The notes beneath the pieces are model-generated. The model worked only from the letters and a program-made list of their open reading frames with translations, was not told where the DNA came from and ran no database searches. DNA of 64,000 nucleotides from Methanobacteriota archaeon. GTDB lineage: Archaea > Thermoplasmatota > Thermoplasmata > SG8-5 > JAGLSY01. A program made the position numbers and the translations under genes. The stretch covers positions 96,001-160,000 of the forward strand of contig JAEHCQ010000002.1 in the NCBI GenBank assembly GCA_020696385.1, written 5' to 3'. Positions 19,501-29,005 of this stretch are shown here, one piece after another. The stretch's first letter is position 1. Every line of letters starts with the position of its first letter.

Positions 19501-22500
19501 AGCGATGTCCGCTCCTGTGGTGAAATCTGTGGATGCAAATTGAGGTATTCCAGCGATCACCTTGTATGGCGTTGATACAAAGTACATGTGATCCACATAT
19601 AGGGTATCATTGACCGTATTACCCGTGCTCCTATCCGCATCAATGACCCCCACATAGACAATTCCAGAAAGGCCAGATAATGTATCATCTGTGTAAGATT
19701 GATATGAACCATCGTCAGTTGTCTTTGTCACTGTGACCATCTTGGTCCAACCAGAGGAGCCTACTGTCCCAGTGCCAGCTGTGGAATAATAGAATTCGAA
19801 ATTATCTCCTTCTGTATTGGAGGTGTGGTTTGCCTCAAGGTAGAATGTATTCTGTGATTTGGATGTCAAAGATATGTTCCATTTATGCTCCAGACTACTT
19901 ACTTTCGGAACATAGGTCACCACTACATCATCTACATAAGCATCTTCATTGAGAGAGGTTCTGTATAGATAGAAGCGTATTGCCAGATTTGGATTGTCAT
20001 TGGCAGAAGCTGGCAGGAGGAAAGATTTATCCGCATAGGCTAAATCTCCAGTTAGTTCTTCAAGTATGACATAGCCAGACCCGACGTCATACTCTGCTCT
20101 GAAATAATCCACTCCCGAATCCAGCCCATTTGTGGCAACGGAATAAGATAAAGTTATACTGTCTTTTCCAGTTGAATCTATTGTTCTGGCGATCGAATTT
20201 GTAGTCACTGAATTCGCGCTTCCCAGATCGCAAGAATAAGTACCTGTATTAACATTCTCAGTACTGGCAAGAGGATCGCCAACAACAGTCCAGCCACCGG
20301 TTGTCAGATCGCCACTTTCAAATCCGTCACTGAAGAATGATGTTCCGCCTCCAGATCCTCCACCCCAAATCTCTTCGATCTCCTCATACCCATCATTACT
20401 GGATTGGGTGCTTGTGTATGTGTTGGTGAGAGTTCCACTAACTGACCAATCAGTGTCCGCGGTCTCACTTGTGGGTAAGCTGAACACATAGGCCTTCTCG
20501 TTCCCAGGCTCCCCGACTATGACCTCGCTTCCAGCACTTCCATCAGTATTTCCTGCTGTGGAAACCGAGAAGCCGAAATTACCATTGGACACAGTTCCGT
20601 TCAATGATACATCTGCTGTTGCGGCTGTAGTTGGTATACTGCCATCACCGTAGAATATGTATGCTTTACCCTTGCCGGAATTGGCATATGGCGCGCCCAC
20701 TATGACATCTGAATTTCCTGAATTGTCATAGTTGCCAGCACCACTCACGCTCGCTCCAAAATCATCACCACTGGCCGCCCCTGTCAGTGTGACATTCGCG
20801 CTCGTAGTTCCTAGGTCCCAACTGCCATCACCGGTAACCTCCTCCCAGTTGAGACCCTTTCCATAGAATATGTACGCATTGCCATTTGTCGTATCTGGCG
20901 CGCCCACTATAATATCATCAAAACCATCATTATCCACATCACCAGCATCGCTCACATCCCAACCAAAATGATCACCAGATGCAGCGCCTGTTATAGTGAC
21001 ATTGGCGAATGCCGCCTGCATGTAATTGCTATTCGATGTGTTGAAACCGTAATATCCAAAGAATACGTAAGCGCGACCTTCATTACCACTGGCACCAGGA
21101 GCTCCCACCACCACATCCGGGTAATTGTCATTATTTACATCTCCAGCATATGAGACATTCCATCCAAATAGATCACTGGCCGCTGATCCATTACCAGATG
21201 TGACCTCGGCCAACTGTAGCATATCCCCGGCCATTGGGGAATCAGATTCTGATCCGGATCGAGTAGCTGGTAGTGTCAGAGGAGTGTCTTCCTCCGTGGC
21301 TGTATCCGAATTCTCATTCCAGGAGATCGTCTCGAAGCTGGCAGATATATCACCCGTAGTCTGTATATCCAGCATGACCTCCAATTGTTTTGAATCATAT
21401 TGGAAATCAGGCATTGTGATCTCGGTCCAGTCCCATTCTCCCTGTGATCGGCCTGTGAACTCCCTGGTCGATGATGATTTTATATCACCATATTTGCCAG
21501 TGAATTCAATTACGTAATCCACACCCAGTCCAGAGCGTGAGTATCCCGTGGTCGTGTCATTGTCCGCATCAACATATATAATGGATCGATCATAGCCATT
21601 CAATGCCGGCACGGGGTCTTCTGGACCTATGTATCTGGTCACCTTGGTATCCTCATTATAGAGTTCTTCGTCAGTTCCACCAGCATTGTAGTCGATCTCA
21701 CCATCACCATCATCATCATTGGAATCCGTATCCAATATGCCATCATTGTTGAAATCGAATTCATAGCCCGGTTCATACTGATCCAATATGCCATCACCAT
21801 CACTATCCACCTGAGAAGGAGTTGTTGATGGAGGTGGAGGTGTGGAAGAAGGTGCCCTGGTACTGGCTGTTATAGGAACACTGGCCCCTCCCATGAAATC
21901 GCCATTTGTCCTTAAGTAAAAGGCTAATTTGGAGCCATCATTGTATGCTCCATATTTACTGATATCGATGGAAGGATTTGAGCCAGTAGTGGGTTCTTCT
22001 ATCTCATCATTCGAGGATGAGGACCAGTCACTGAAACCTCCATCTATCATCACCCCGATCGGAACAACATCAATGTATCCCAGATCATGACTTGAGGAGC
22101 CCGTAGTAAGTGATGCAATCCCTCCAGTCACTGATATCCCTGCGGAGCTGGTTATCTGTGCCCCTATTGTGGTTCCAGAGCCGGCAGATGCAGAAATGTC
22201 CACAGCGACCGTGAAGCTCTGTGTTTGTCCCGCGGGTATGGTGATACCGCCCATATTCAGGTTTATAGTGGATGATAATTGTGAGGTCTCGGCTACGGAA
22301 CTACCCGCACTGTTCAATACCCTGGCCGAAGTTATGGATGATAATGGGGCCGTGCCCTTGAAAGCGATCTGTATGGATTCCAGAACAGCATCTATTTCCG
22401 TCGCTGTAGCATCAAAGCCGAGAAGTGACTGGCCTGCACCGGAGAGTGTCTCCGAACACACACTTCGCTGGTCTATACTAAGAATAGCCAGGGAATTACT

Positions 22501-25221
22501 GACTAGATGATCTGATTTGTCATGATATCCATCATATGATTGTGAATGTACTGCGACCGTGACTGGGCCTGGATCCACCATGTCCAAAGCGGACCAGGCT
22601 ATTTGAGTCTCGACAGTCTGATCCTGTGATCGGGAAACTATGTTACCAACAGAAGTGTAACCATGCCAATCATCATTGTCACTGCCTCTGAATGTGTATA
22701 ACTGGGATCCGACAACATTTCCATTCCAGCCTTTGATCTCCAGCATGAAATCAGCTCCCATTCCTTCGAACATGTAGCCGGTTGTATGATCCTGATCTGT
22801 ATCTAGGAACAGGTGGAACACGTCCATAAGACCAGCATCAGTGACAGGCTCCCCAGCCATTATCTGGCCATTATCAACCACACTGATATGGAAAGAAAGG
22901 TATTTGTCATCATTATTTTCCACAGCAACGCCGACAATATCGATATTTGGATTGAAATCCACACCCTCTGATTGGGATGTTGTCTCGGCGACTCCTTCCC
23001 AATCGGAGAATTCTCCATCAATGACTATGCTGTCTGCTTCGACTGGGGGTGGTGAAAAGGACACCATCGGTATGAGCAGAAGAAGAACAGCGACCAGAGG
23101 GATGATGTATAGTTTCCATTTATTTCGACGAGCCTCACGATTGAACCTGGCCCCTCCTAAACCATTGGTCATTCCGGTCCCATTTGTAAGGCCATTGGTC
23201 ATACCATTTCGTAGTGTCCGGAGACCATTCGTAAGGCCATTGGTGACACCAGTCCCATTTGTGACACCGTTTGTAAGTCCATTGGTTATTCCATTTGTAA
23301 GACCGTTGGTCATGCCATTAGTGCGACCAAGACCATTTGTAAGGCCGTTGGTCATGCCATTAGTGCGACCAAGACCATTTGTAAGGCCGTTGGTCATGCC
23401 ATTAGTGCGACCAAGACCATTTGTAAGGCCGTTGGTCATGCCATTAGTGCGACCAAGACCATTTGTAAGGCCGTTGGTCATGCCATTAGTGCGGCCAAGA
23501 CCATTTGTAAGGCCGTTGGTCATGCCATTAGTGCGACCAAGACCGTTTGTAAGGCCGTTGGTGACACCATTGGTCATACCGTTGGTTCTTCCCTGACTAC
23601 CTTTAGCCAGACCATTTGTCAAGCCTTTACGGACGCCGTTGGTCATGCCCCTATCCTTCGCCACAGGTGGTTGGGATCGGAGTGGTTTGGTAACGGATTC
23701 TATCTTTCTTGCATCGTCCTCAGAGATAGGCTCTGGCTTGTGAGGCATAGCCTCCGCACCCTCTGAGAAGAGATGAGCCAGTTCATCTATCGCCGCTTCA
23801 TCATCCTCAGATATATCTGGAGCAGGAGCCTTGAAAGCCTCTGGCTCTGAATCTAGAGGCTTTACTGTTGATTCGATCAATCCGATCTCATCATCATCCA
23901 GATCCAGGGAATCCAGATCTTCGGAGAGATCAAGATCTAATGAATCCAGCTTATTCGTTATGCTATCCAGAATATCTGATTCTTCATCAGATACCTCATG
24001 GATATGACCGGGCATATCCATGTCTTTATCATCCAGATCCAAAATATCGTTCTGGATCTGCCTCTGCTTTGCCAGCCAGACCTCCTTATCCACCTCGGTG
24101 TCATCCTCTACGGATTCCAACTCGAGGAGCAGGTCTTCCATTTCATCATCGGTTTCAGTAATGGCTGTTGTCACACCAAGCTCCATCGCCCTTTTGTAGC
24201 AAGATGCGGCTTTCTTATGTTCGCCCATTTGTGTGAAGACCTCGGCCTTCATATTCCAGACCCCGGGATAATTGGCATCCAATCTGGTGATCTCATTCAG
24301 GGCCTCGATAGCCTCCTCGTTCCTTTCCATTTTTGACAATACTTCGCCTTTCAGGAACCATTGCTCGATATCCGAAGGATCTGATCGGATCCTGTCCTCG
24401 ATATCATTTAATTGTAAAGTGAGGTCATCATCAATAGCACTTTCTGCCTCATCCTTGAACTTCATACCACATTGATAGCATACATTGTCCCCTTTTTCCA
24501 ATATCGTGCTACATAATGGACAGGCGAACTCCTCGACGGCTTCTTCTATATGCAATTCATCAATGACTGGCTGGCCGATACCCTCAGACTTCTCATCCAG
24601 TGTGACGATTATCTTGATCTTCTGGGCGGATTTAAGGGCTATACCTTCGACAGATAATAGCTCCTCCACACTCGCATCTCTCAGATCATCCACAGTTCTG
24701 AATCCTGCATCGTAGAGAGCCTTGGCCTTTAGAGATCCCAACCCTGGTACGGTTGTCAATAATTGAATGGCCTTGGTCTGTCGCTGCCTGCTGGGGTTTT
24801 CCAATTCCTCGACCTGCATCTGCTCCAGTATCTCATTCACGCTTTCTTTTGATCCCAGAATACTATTGAGCGGGTGGTCTTTATCGGGGATTGCATTTTT
24901 AAGATTATTAAGAAGAAGGTCACTGGCACTATCAAAATTACCAGTTCCAGCCTGGGCTCTGGCAATATTCAAAGTAAGTCCAGGAGTACTTGGAGCCAGA
25001 TCTTTGACTCTGTTAAAGCATTTGATCGCATCTTGATCCTTGCCAAGTGATAAAAGGGTCTCTCCATAAGCCATCCACAGCCTTGGATTATTGGGATTGG
25101 AATTGAGTAGTCTCTTTTGTCTTTCCAAAAGTGACTCACCTACTTTGGCAGGCTTGGAATCTGAGGCTTTTCCCCATTTGGAGATGAAGTCCTCTGTGAA
25201 CCGTTTCTTATCTGGCGCCAT
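16594..25221 (-). CDS. Giant membrane-spanning surface protein: TPR/HhH/Zn-ribbon/TNG repeats, TM, FG-GAP propeller with inserted beta-sandwich domains, C-terminal TM
   Basis: Single ORF of ~2,880 aa (ATG 25221 after AGGGAG preferred). VPGLGSLKAKALYDAGF HhH; CPLC..CYQC; TM LYIIPLVAVLLLLIPMV; seven FG(W/Y/A/F)xV..GD..D...D.IVGAP-type repeats; C-terminal ISEY-TM-RRKRK. Confidence 0.85.
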   Translation of the reverse strand: MAPDKKRFTEDFISKWGKASDSKPAKVGESLLERQKRLLNSNPNNPRLWMAYGETLLSLGKDQDAIKCFNRVKDLAPSTPGLTLNIARAQAGTGNFDSASDLLLNNLKNAIPDKDHPLNSILGSKESVNEILEQMQVEELENPSRQRQTKAIQLLTTVPGLGSLKAKALYDAGFRTVDDLRDASVEELLSVEGIALKSAQKIKIIVTLDEKSEGIGQPVIDELHIEEAVEEFACPLCSTILEKGDNVCYQCGMKFKDEAESAIDDDLTLQLNDIEDRIRSDPSDIEQWFLKGEVLSKMERNEEAIEALNEITRLDANYPGVWNMKAEVFTQMGEHKKAASCYKRAMELGVTTAITETDDEMEDLLLELESVEDDTEVDKEVWLAKQRQIQNDILDLDDKDMDMPGHIHEVSDEESDILDSITNKLDSLDLDLSEDLDSLDLDDDEIGLIESTVKPLDSEPEAFKAPAPDISEDDEAAIDELAHLFSEGAEAMPHKPEPISEDDARKIESVTKPLRSQPPVAKDRGMTNGVRKGLTNGLAKGSQGRTNGMTNGVTNGLTNGLGRTNGMTNGLTNGLGRTNGMTNGLTNGLGRTNGMTNGLTNGLGRTNGMTNGLTNGLGRTNGMTNGLTNGLGRTNGMTNGLTNGITNGLTNGVTNGTGVTNGLTNGLRTLRNGMTNGLTNGTGMTNGLGGARFNREARRNKWKLYIIPLVAVLLLLIPMVSFSPPPVEADSIVIDGEFSDWEGVAETTSQSEGVDFNPNIDIVGVAVENNDDKYLSFHISVVDNGQIMAGEPVTDAGLMDVFHLFLDTDQDHTTGYMFEGMGADFMLEIKGWNGNVVGSQLYTFRGSDNDDWHGYTSVGNIVSRSQDQTVETQIAWSALDMVDPGPVTVAVHSQSYDGYHDKSDHLVSNSLAILSIDQRSVCSETLSGAGQSLLGFDATATEIDAVLESIQIAFKGTAPLSSITSARVLNSAGSSVAETSQLSSTINLNMGGITIPAGQTQSFTVAVDISASAGSGTTIGAQITSSAGISVTGGIASLTTGSSSHDLGYIDVVPIGVMIDGGFSDWSSSSNDEIEEPTTGSNPSIDISKYGAYNDGSKLAFYLRTNGDFMGGASVPITASTRAPSSTPPPPSTTPSQVDSDGDGILDQYEPGYEFDFNNDGILDTDSNDDDGDGEIDYNAGGTDEELYNEDTKVTRYIGPEDPVPALNGYDRSIIYVDADNDTTTGYSRSGLGVDYVIEFTGKYGDIKSSSTREFTGRSQGEWDWTEITMPDFQYDSKQLEVMLDIQTTGDISASFETISWNENSDTATEEDTPLTLPATRSGSESDSPMAGDMLQLAEVTSGNGSAASDLFGWNVSYAGDVNNDNYPDVVVGAPGASGNEGRAYVFFGYYGFNTSNSNYMQAAFANVTITGAASGDHFGWDVSDAGDVDNDGFDDIIVGAPDTTNGNAYIFYGKGLNWEEVTGDGSWDLGTTSANVTLTGAASGDDFGASVSGAGNYDNSGNSDVIVGAPYANSGKGKAYIFYGDGSIPTTAATADVSLNGTVSNGNFGFSVSTAGNTDGSAGSEVIVGEPGNEKAYVFSLPTSETADTDWSVSGTLTNTYTSTQSSNDGYEEIEEIWGGGSGGGTSFFSDGFESGDLTTGGWTVVGDPLASTENVNTGTYSCDLGSANSVTTNSIARTIDSTGKDSITLSYSVATNGLDSGVDYFRAEYDVGSGYVILEELTGDLAYADKSFLLPASANDNPNLAIRFYLYRTSLNEDAYVDDVVVTYVPKVSSLEHKWNISLTSKSQNTFYLEANHTSNTEGDNFEFYYSTAGTGTVGSSGWTKMVTVTKTTDDGSYQSYTDDTLSGLSGIVYVGVIDADRSTGNTVNDTLYVDHMYFVSTPYKVIAGIPQFASTDFTTGADIADTGTVTNTHTSTQTQNDGYESITEVSAAATYDEDFATSETYNQSNTGSNVNDYTETANLDGTTQDIVEALVTGGISTITLIPTESFESTSWPADWTEAAGTAWNPETDYANTGTYSADFDGSTGAGVSGTLQSPSMDTASATSITVDFWWREDDADATEYGLYYYDNTGTWDLIEDLATLQSTEDTWYNYQETITDSQYLHSAFQIQWRAHGSNGEAVWLDDVNVTMSVTIPSHYSLEHKWTFTTIPSSALQYEFQLRAGWDSGGTPDDEFMFYYAETNSGDVGTAAWTYMFSVDAQAQTTYTFDLDADGFIGGAFYVGVVDNVSTDGSQADTLEIDYMCVNTTLTVASTRLEHKWTMAGITTGTDTRFYLEANRTNQDSENMEFYYSTTGSGLVSSWTKMLDVTKTSDDDSYQSFSDATLDAFTGTLYIGVIDASTSDSNLDTVYIDHMYLRVSGASIKTHFGWSVADAGDVDNNGNDDVIIGSPGTANGNAYIYYGSPIMGLTSSTISNTTQADFNTGDLNSTFAVSAGDVNLTNPQNFDAQTISDDPGGWTVTETGGSIEVSDDQSVSGYNSVKFTDTTDRVNITKTSMPLSTTFTIEFDARVTTTTGWFQILGPESDYTAGIQMLFYTDGTIIYYDGAIQVLQTYNANQWYHFQLDVDCSATPSVYDIYIDGVSRATGAELINDVDVGIITFQTGTAATVAYLDNVKLSTYIVDTYGYVESDTYTAGDYVGSVTPTWSATLNSQTMTVKVSRDGGTTYSPSLTSGSEYSFSNGEPAGSQLRYKVEMNGNGSATPVLHSISIEYYCPASANVTITGESSGDKFGYSVHGLDDFNGDTYDDVIVGAPYYSSGKGAVYIFNGSATMASTISASNADYVNYSYNASSHFGWSVCKVGDLDGNSKNDVLIGAPHYTAGSNTNAGITWVMFASGTMVIIISEYSTFAFVIFMPMVIFSIVRRKRKVSLSQ
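23291..23542 (-). repeat. Coding tandem repeat, 6 x 42 bp (LGRTNGMTNGLTNG)
   Basis: Near-identical 42-bp units without spacers, inside the giant ORF and flanked by degenerate TNG units. Confidence 0.9.
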
Positions 25222-25406
25222 GGTCTCCCTAAATCCCTTTCTATACAAATTGGTAAATACAGTAACTGCCCAGGTTTATACTTACCATTATTGCATAAAC
25301 AACAATTAATTAGAATGCGAGGGGTATATATGAATGTTCTATGTAAAAATATACAACCACTGTATTATAGTATAGTTAGTATATTACAAAATAGTTTTAA
25401 CGATAA

Positions 25407-26114
25407 TTAGACCAGTGCTCTTTCGATCGGATGATAAGGAATCTCCAAACGCTCTTGAGCATTACCAATATTTATTGTGATAACAAGTCCCCTGCCCTTT
25501 ATCTCCTTGATCTCGGGTTTGAGATGCTCGGCCTCCATCCTTTTTATGAGGCTGGCCCTGAAAGATTTTAGATTTGATCTTTCAGTCTTTGACAATTCCT
25601 TTATCTTGCTTGTCGGGTAATACCTCAAATGTCTTCCATCCTTCAGCACGGATATCAGACCAGAATCTTCCAATCGATCGAGTACGGACCTCGAGCAGAT
25701 CTTATCCCCCATGGCCAATTTCAATTCCCCAGTGCTTGATCCAGGTTCCTTGATTATCTGCTTGAAGACAATATTGTGTGAAAGATCATTTAATAGGCTT
25801 ATAGCTCTTTTCGAATCATCCTCTTTCAGCATGCCAGTTGGAAAATACACGGCCTTGTTGAAAAAAACCTTGCTCTTCACATATTCCCTCTCCTCGAGAA
25901 CATCCAGATGCCATATCACGGTCGGCCTGGAAAGTGAAAGTTCTGAAGAAATGCGGGAAATACTGATGCATGGTGTCAGGCATAGAAGCTGAAATATATC
26001 CTTCCGATTAGAATTCGAGATCACACTGGCCTTTCTTCGGGACCTTGTGTCTTCCTCCTTATCCGGGAGCTTGTCCTCCACCACCCTTTTCAATGCATCT
26101 CCTATCTTTTCCAT
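25407..26114 (-). CDS. Winged-helix (ArsR-like, double HTH) transcriptional regulator
   Basis: NRKDIFQLL..PC.SISRISSELSLSRPTVIWHLDVLE, plus a second wHTH (LEDSGLIS..KDGRHLRYY). Confidence 0.8.
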   Translation of the reverse strand: MEKIGDALKRVVEDKLPDKEEDTRSRRKASVISNSNRKDIFQLLCLTPCISISRISSELSLSRPTVIWHLDVLEEREYVKSKVFFNKAVYFPTGMLKEDDSKRAISLLNDLSHNIVFKQIIKEPGSSTGELKLAMGDKICSRSVLDRLEDSGLISVLKDGRHLRYYPTSKIKELSKTERSNLKSFRASLIKRMEAEHLKPEIKEIKGRGLVITINIGNAQERLEIPYHPIERALV

Positions 26115-26124
26115 TGGAGATCAC

Positions 26125-27048
26125 CTAATTCTCATCTATCAGTTCATATTCTGATAGTATCTGTGTCAGTATATACTCGGGATCCAGATGGCCGATATCC
26201 TCCTGGGATATTTTATTGATGGTCCTTATTAGGCTCTGTCTGACCTTGGGAGTTAGCTTTGCCCTTTTTTCTTTTGGTAATTGCTCAAATATCCCATTCA
26301 ACAATGAGGTCATGTCCACGACATTTTTGGGAACTTGACTGGCAAGCTTGGCCTTTTGAGCGATTATGCCACTTCCTCTAACGATAGTGTATGGGTGCCA
26401 GAATCTGCTGTGCTTGCTACTTCGGCACTTGATTATCTTCATCTCTCTTTTTTCCGGGCTGTCATGACTTCTGTATCTGAGATGAATGACATTATCAGCC
26501 AGATACATCGGAATTACCAATTCTGGACCTGACAGGTCACCAACAACACCGTGTTCTTCCAGGGTGCACACCACTGTTCCAATATTTCTCGTTCCTCTGA
26601 GAAGTGAGGAAACTAAGTCCCTTTGCTCATATTTGTCCTCAGTGGACCAGAGCACGGGCGTGAGAGGATCGATGACTATCCTGGCATTGTATCCTTTCCA
26701 TTCATCAACAAAGCCTGCCAGTTCTGTCTTGATAAAATCCGAGAACTCACGACCTCCAGCATCGACGAAGATCAGCATTCCCTTATCGATATAATCTTCA
26801 ACATCTTCCCAACCCATCTCTATCACGCCTTTGATGATCTGCTTCGGGCTCTCGTCCAGGGTGATGAAGATAGCATCCTCTCCCAGTTCCAGACCTCGCT
26901 TCAGGAAATAAGTTGCGAAAGTGGTCTTTCCAGCACCAGAAGTACCAATAACCGCAGTTATCGTATTCTCATTAATACCCCCATCCATCAGACTGTTCAG
27001 TCCATAAACACCGCTCTTGATCTTTTTCAAAGGTATGTGGCTCACCAC
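26125..27048 (-). CDS. KaiC/RAD55-like RecA-superfamily ATPase
   Basis: SGVYGLNSLMDGG, GTSGAGKTT Walker A, FITLDE, RIVIDP, IIKCR. Confidence 0.9.
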   Translation of the reverse strand: MVSHIPLKKIKSGVYGLNSLMDGGINENTITAVIGTSGAGKTTFATYFLKRGLELGEDAIFITLDESPKQIIKGVIEMGWEDVEDYIDKGMLIFVDAGGREFSDFIKTELAGFVDEWKGYNARIVIDPLTPVLWSTEDKYEQRDLVSSLLRGTRNIGTVVCTLEEHGVVGDLSGPELVIPMYLADNVIHLRYRSHDSPEKREMKIIKCRSSKHSRFWHPYTIVRGSGIIAQKAKLASQVPKNVVDMTSLLNGIFEQLPKEKRAKLTPKVRQSLIRTINKISQEDIGHLDPEYILTQILSEYELIDEN

Positions 27049-27257
27049 CCAAGGGAATCCAATTTCTTTTCCTTCTTCGTGGCCTTCTTAAATTCCTTGT
27101 AGTGTTCCTTGCAGATCTTGACCTTGCTACCACTGCCAGTCAGACTGTGGTTAAGTTCTTTATCCACCTTCTTCCTTGATAAGGATCGGGCTGATTCGTT
27201 CTTGCAGTTGGAGACCTCGCACATGACGATCTCATCTGCTTTTCTTTCTTTGGCCAT
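27042..27257 (-). CDS. Small basic zinc-binding protein
   Basis: CEVSNC...CKEHYKEFKK; overlaps the KaiC-like gene start. Confidence 0.7.
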   Translation of the reverse strand: MAKERKADEIVMCEVSNCKNESARSLSRKKVDKELNHSLTGSGSKVKICKEHYKEFKKATKKEKKLDSLGW

Positions 27258-27335
27258 GGTATTCTTTAATCATGTATGGATATTAAAATGTATCGAAGAT
27301 AATTAGAGGCGAATACGATGGCCAAAGATTAAGAA

Positions 27336-27610
27336 CCCGCCATCGTGTTTAGGATTTCAGAAAGATTGATCTCCCCGCCCATCGTTGAACTCCTGACGGG
27401 GCTTCAAATCTCAGAGCACTCTGTATTTGTCACTCGCTGGGTCATCGAATATAGTACCCCGCCCTGATGAATGCTCTATGAATCATCCAGACGGGGCATG
27501 CTTGAATGCAAATGCCTTGCAGAGATTCAGATCAGTTTTATCCAACCCAGCTTGACAAGCTATTCTCCCATCAAGGGTGGGTCTCAGTATTTTCTCAGTA
27601 TGGTGGGGAT
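27336..27610 (-). repeat. Dispersed palindromic intergenic repeat, copy B
   Basis: Core module (27336-27500) is the reverse complement of copies A/C; accessory module (27545-27610) is in + orientation. Confidence 0.85.
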
Positions 27611-27640
27611 CGGAAGAAGGGCACGGTCATAGTTTATGAT

Positions 27641-28081
27641 CTACCTCTGCTCTTCGTCCATTATCTCTCTCAAAAATGTATCGGCCGCTTCCATCGCATT
27701 CTCTTTATTGGCCGGATAAGCCCCTGTCTTTAGGGAGCAATTTATGATATTCTTATTGTTCGCGAGTTTGATCTGGCCTTCATAAGCCAGATCTTTGCTT
27801 ATCCTGATATGTAGATTACAATTATCATCCATTCTGTCATCCATCTTTTCAAGCATTTCCTCAATTATTCCAGTGCCCTTCAATTTTTTGAGGAAAGCCT
27901 TGATGTCTCGATTTCTGGATATCGTGGCCTCCAAGATAGTGATGGGATTGCCAAAATGGCCTTCTGTCCGGATCTCTGATATCTCCGCATCGTCTATCAG
28001 GAAGGTCAGTGCTTTCCTGACCTTTTCCTCGGATTCCGTTGCCTGGATGAATGTTCTTAAATGCACTCGAAGGAACGCCAT
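27641..28081 (-). CDS. RNA-binding protein, DUF54/UPF0201-like
   Basis: ATESEEKV, GHFGNPI, LHIRISK, AYPANKE. Confidence 0.8.
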   Translation of the reverse strand: MAFLRVHLRTFIQATESEEKVRKALTFLIDDAEISEIRTEGHFGNPITILEATISRNRDIKAFLKKLKGTGIIEEMLEKMDDRMDDNCNLHIRISKDLAYEGQIKLANNKNIINCSLKTGAYPANKENAMEAADTFLREIMDEEQR

Positions 28082-28176
28082 TGACCCATAATGATACATG
28101 ATGTATCTAAAACTTAGCACTAATTATCACTTAATTATAAAAAGCAGTTCTTATATCCCCATGCGGGTGAGGCAAA

Positions 28177-28722
28177 ATGATCGAAATAAGATTTCATGGT
28201 CGGGGAGGCCAGGGAGCAGTTATTGCATCCAATATTCTTGCTGAAGCAGCATTCCTTGAGGGGAAGTCAGTTTCAGCTTTTCCATACTTCGGTGTGGAAA
28301 GAAGAGGAGCCCCGGTCACCGCGTACACGAGAATAGATGATAAAGAGATCAGAGTGAAGTCCGGTATCTATGAGCCAGACTATGTCGTAGTGATGGATCA
28401 ATCGCTTATCAAAGCAGTTGATGTGGTTGCTGGATTGAAGCCGGGTGGAAAGGTCATAATCAATACCACCAGGAGTCCTGGTGACTTTGATCTTGGAGAT
28501 GCGGATGTTTACACTGTCGATGCTACTGGCATCGCCATAGACAATCGCCTTGGAAGCAAGGCGGCTCCTATCGTGAACAGTGCTATTCTTGGTGGTTTTG
28601 TCAAGATATCTGGCGTGGTGGAGCTTGATTCACTCCTGAAAGGCGTGAGGTCTCTTGCTCCTGTGAAGAAGGAAGAGAATGCGACCGCGGCCGATCAGGC
28701 ATATTCAAAGGTGGTGGAATAG
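28177..28722 (+). CDS. porG: Pyruvate/ketoisovalerate:ferredoxin oxidoreductase gamma subunit
   Basis: [20 protein letters not shown]. Confidence 0.92.
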
Positions 28723-28727
28723 TGGGA

Positions 28728-29003
28728 ATGGAAAAGTACAAAGGCTACAAGGACCTGCCAATAATGCCGATAACTGACACCCCGTCAACGGTCAACCAGA
28801 CAGGTTTCTGGAAGACTTTCAAGCCAATTTTCGAGATGGATAAATGTATTAAATGTAACATATGCTGGAAATTCTGTCCCGAGCCCGCGATAACACTGGA
28901 TGAAGAAGGATATCCAGTGATCGCATTATTCCACTGCAAAGGATGTGGGATATGCGCGAATGAATGTCCAAAGGACGCGATCAAGATGGTAATGGAGGAG
29001 TAA
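28728..29003 (+). CDS. porD: 2-oxoacid:ferredoxin oxidoreductase delta subunit (2x4Fe-4S)
   Basis: TGFWKTFKP, CIKCNICWKFCP, CKGCGICANECP. Confidence 0.92.
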   Translation: MEKYKGYKDLPIMPITDTPSTVNQTGFWKTFKPIFEMDKCIKCNICWKFCPEPAITLDEEGYPVIALFHCKGCGICANECPKDAIKMVMEE

Positions 29004-29005
29004 TC

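Noticed and set aside
23291-23542. 42-bp repeats as a CRISPR array
   Set aside because: Units are contiguous with no unique spacers and lie in-frame within a CDS; no cas genes are present.
22841-23596. 251-aa plus-strand ORF (RPFVRPLVMP repeats)
   Set aside because: Antisense shadow of the TNG repeat in the giant gene.
26125-27048. Circadian clock (kaiABC)
   Set aside because: Single-domain KaiC-like ATPase with no kaiA or kaiB in the window.
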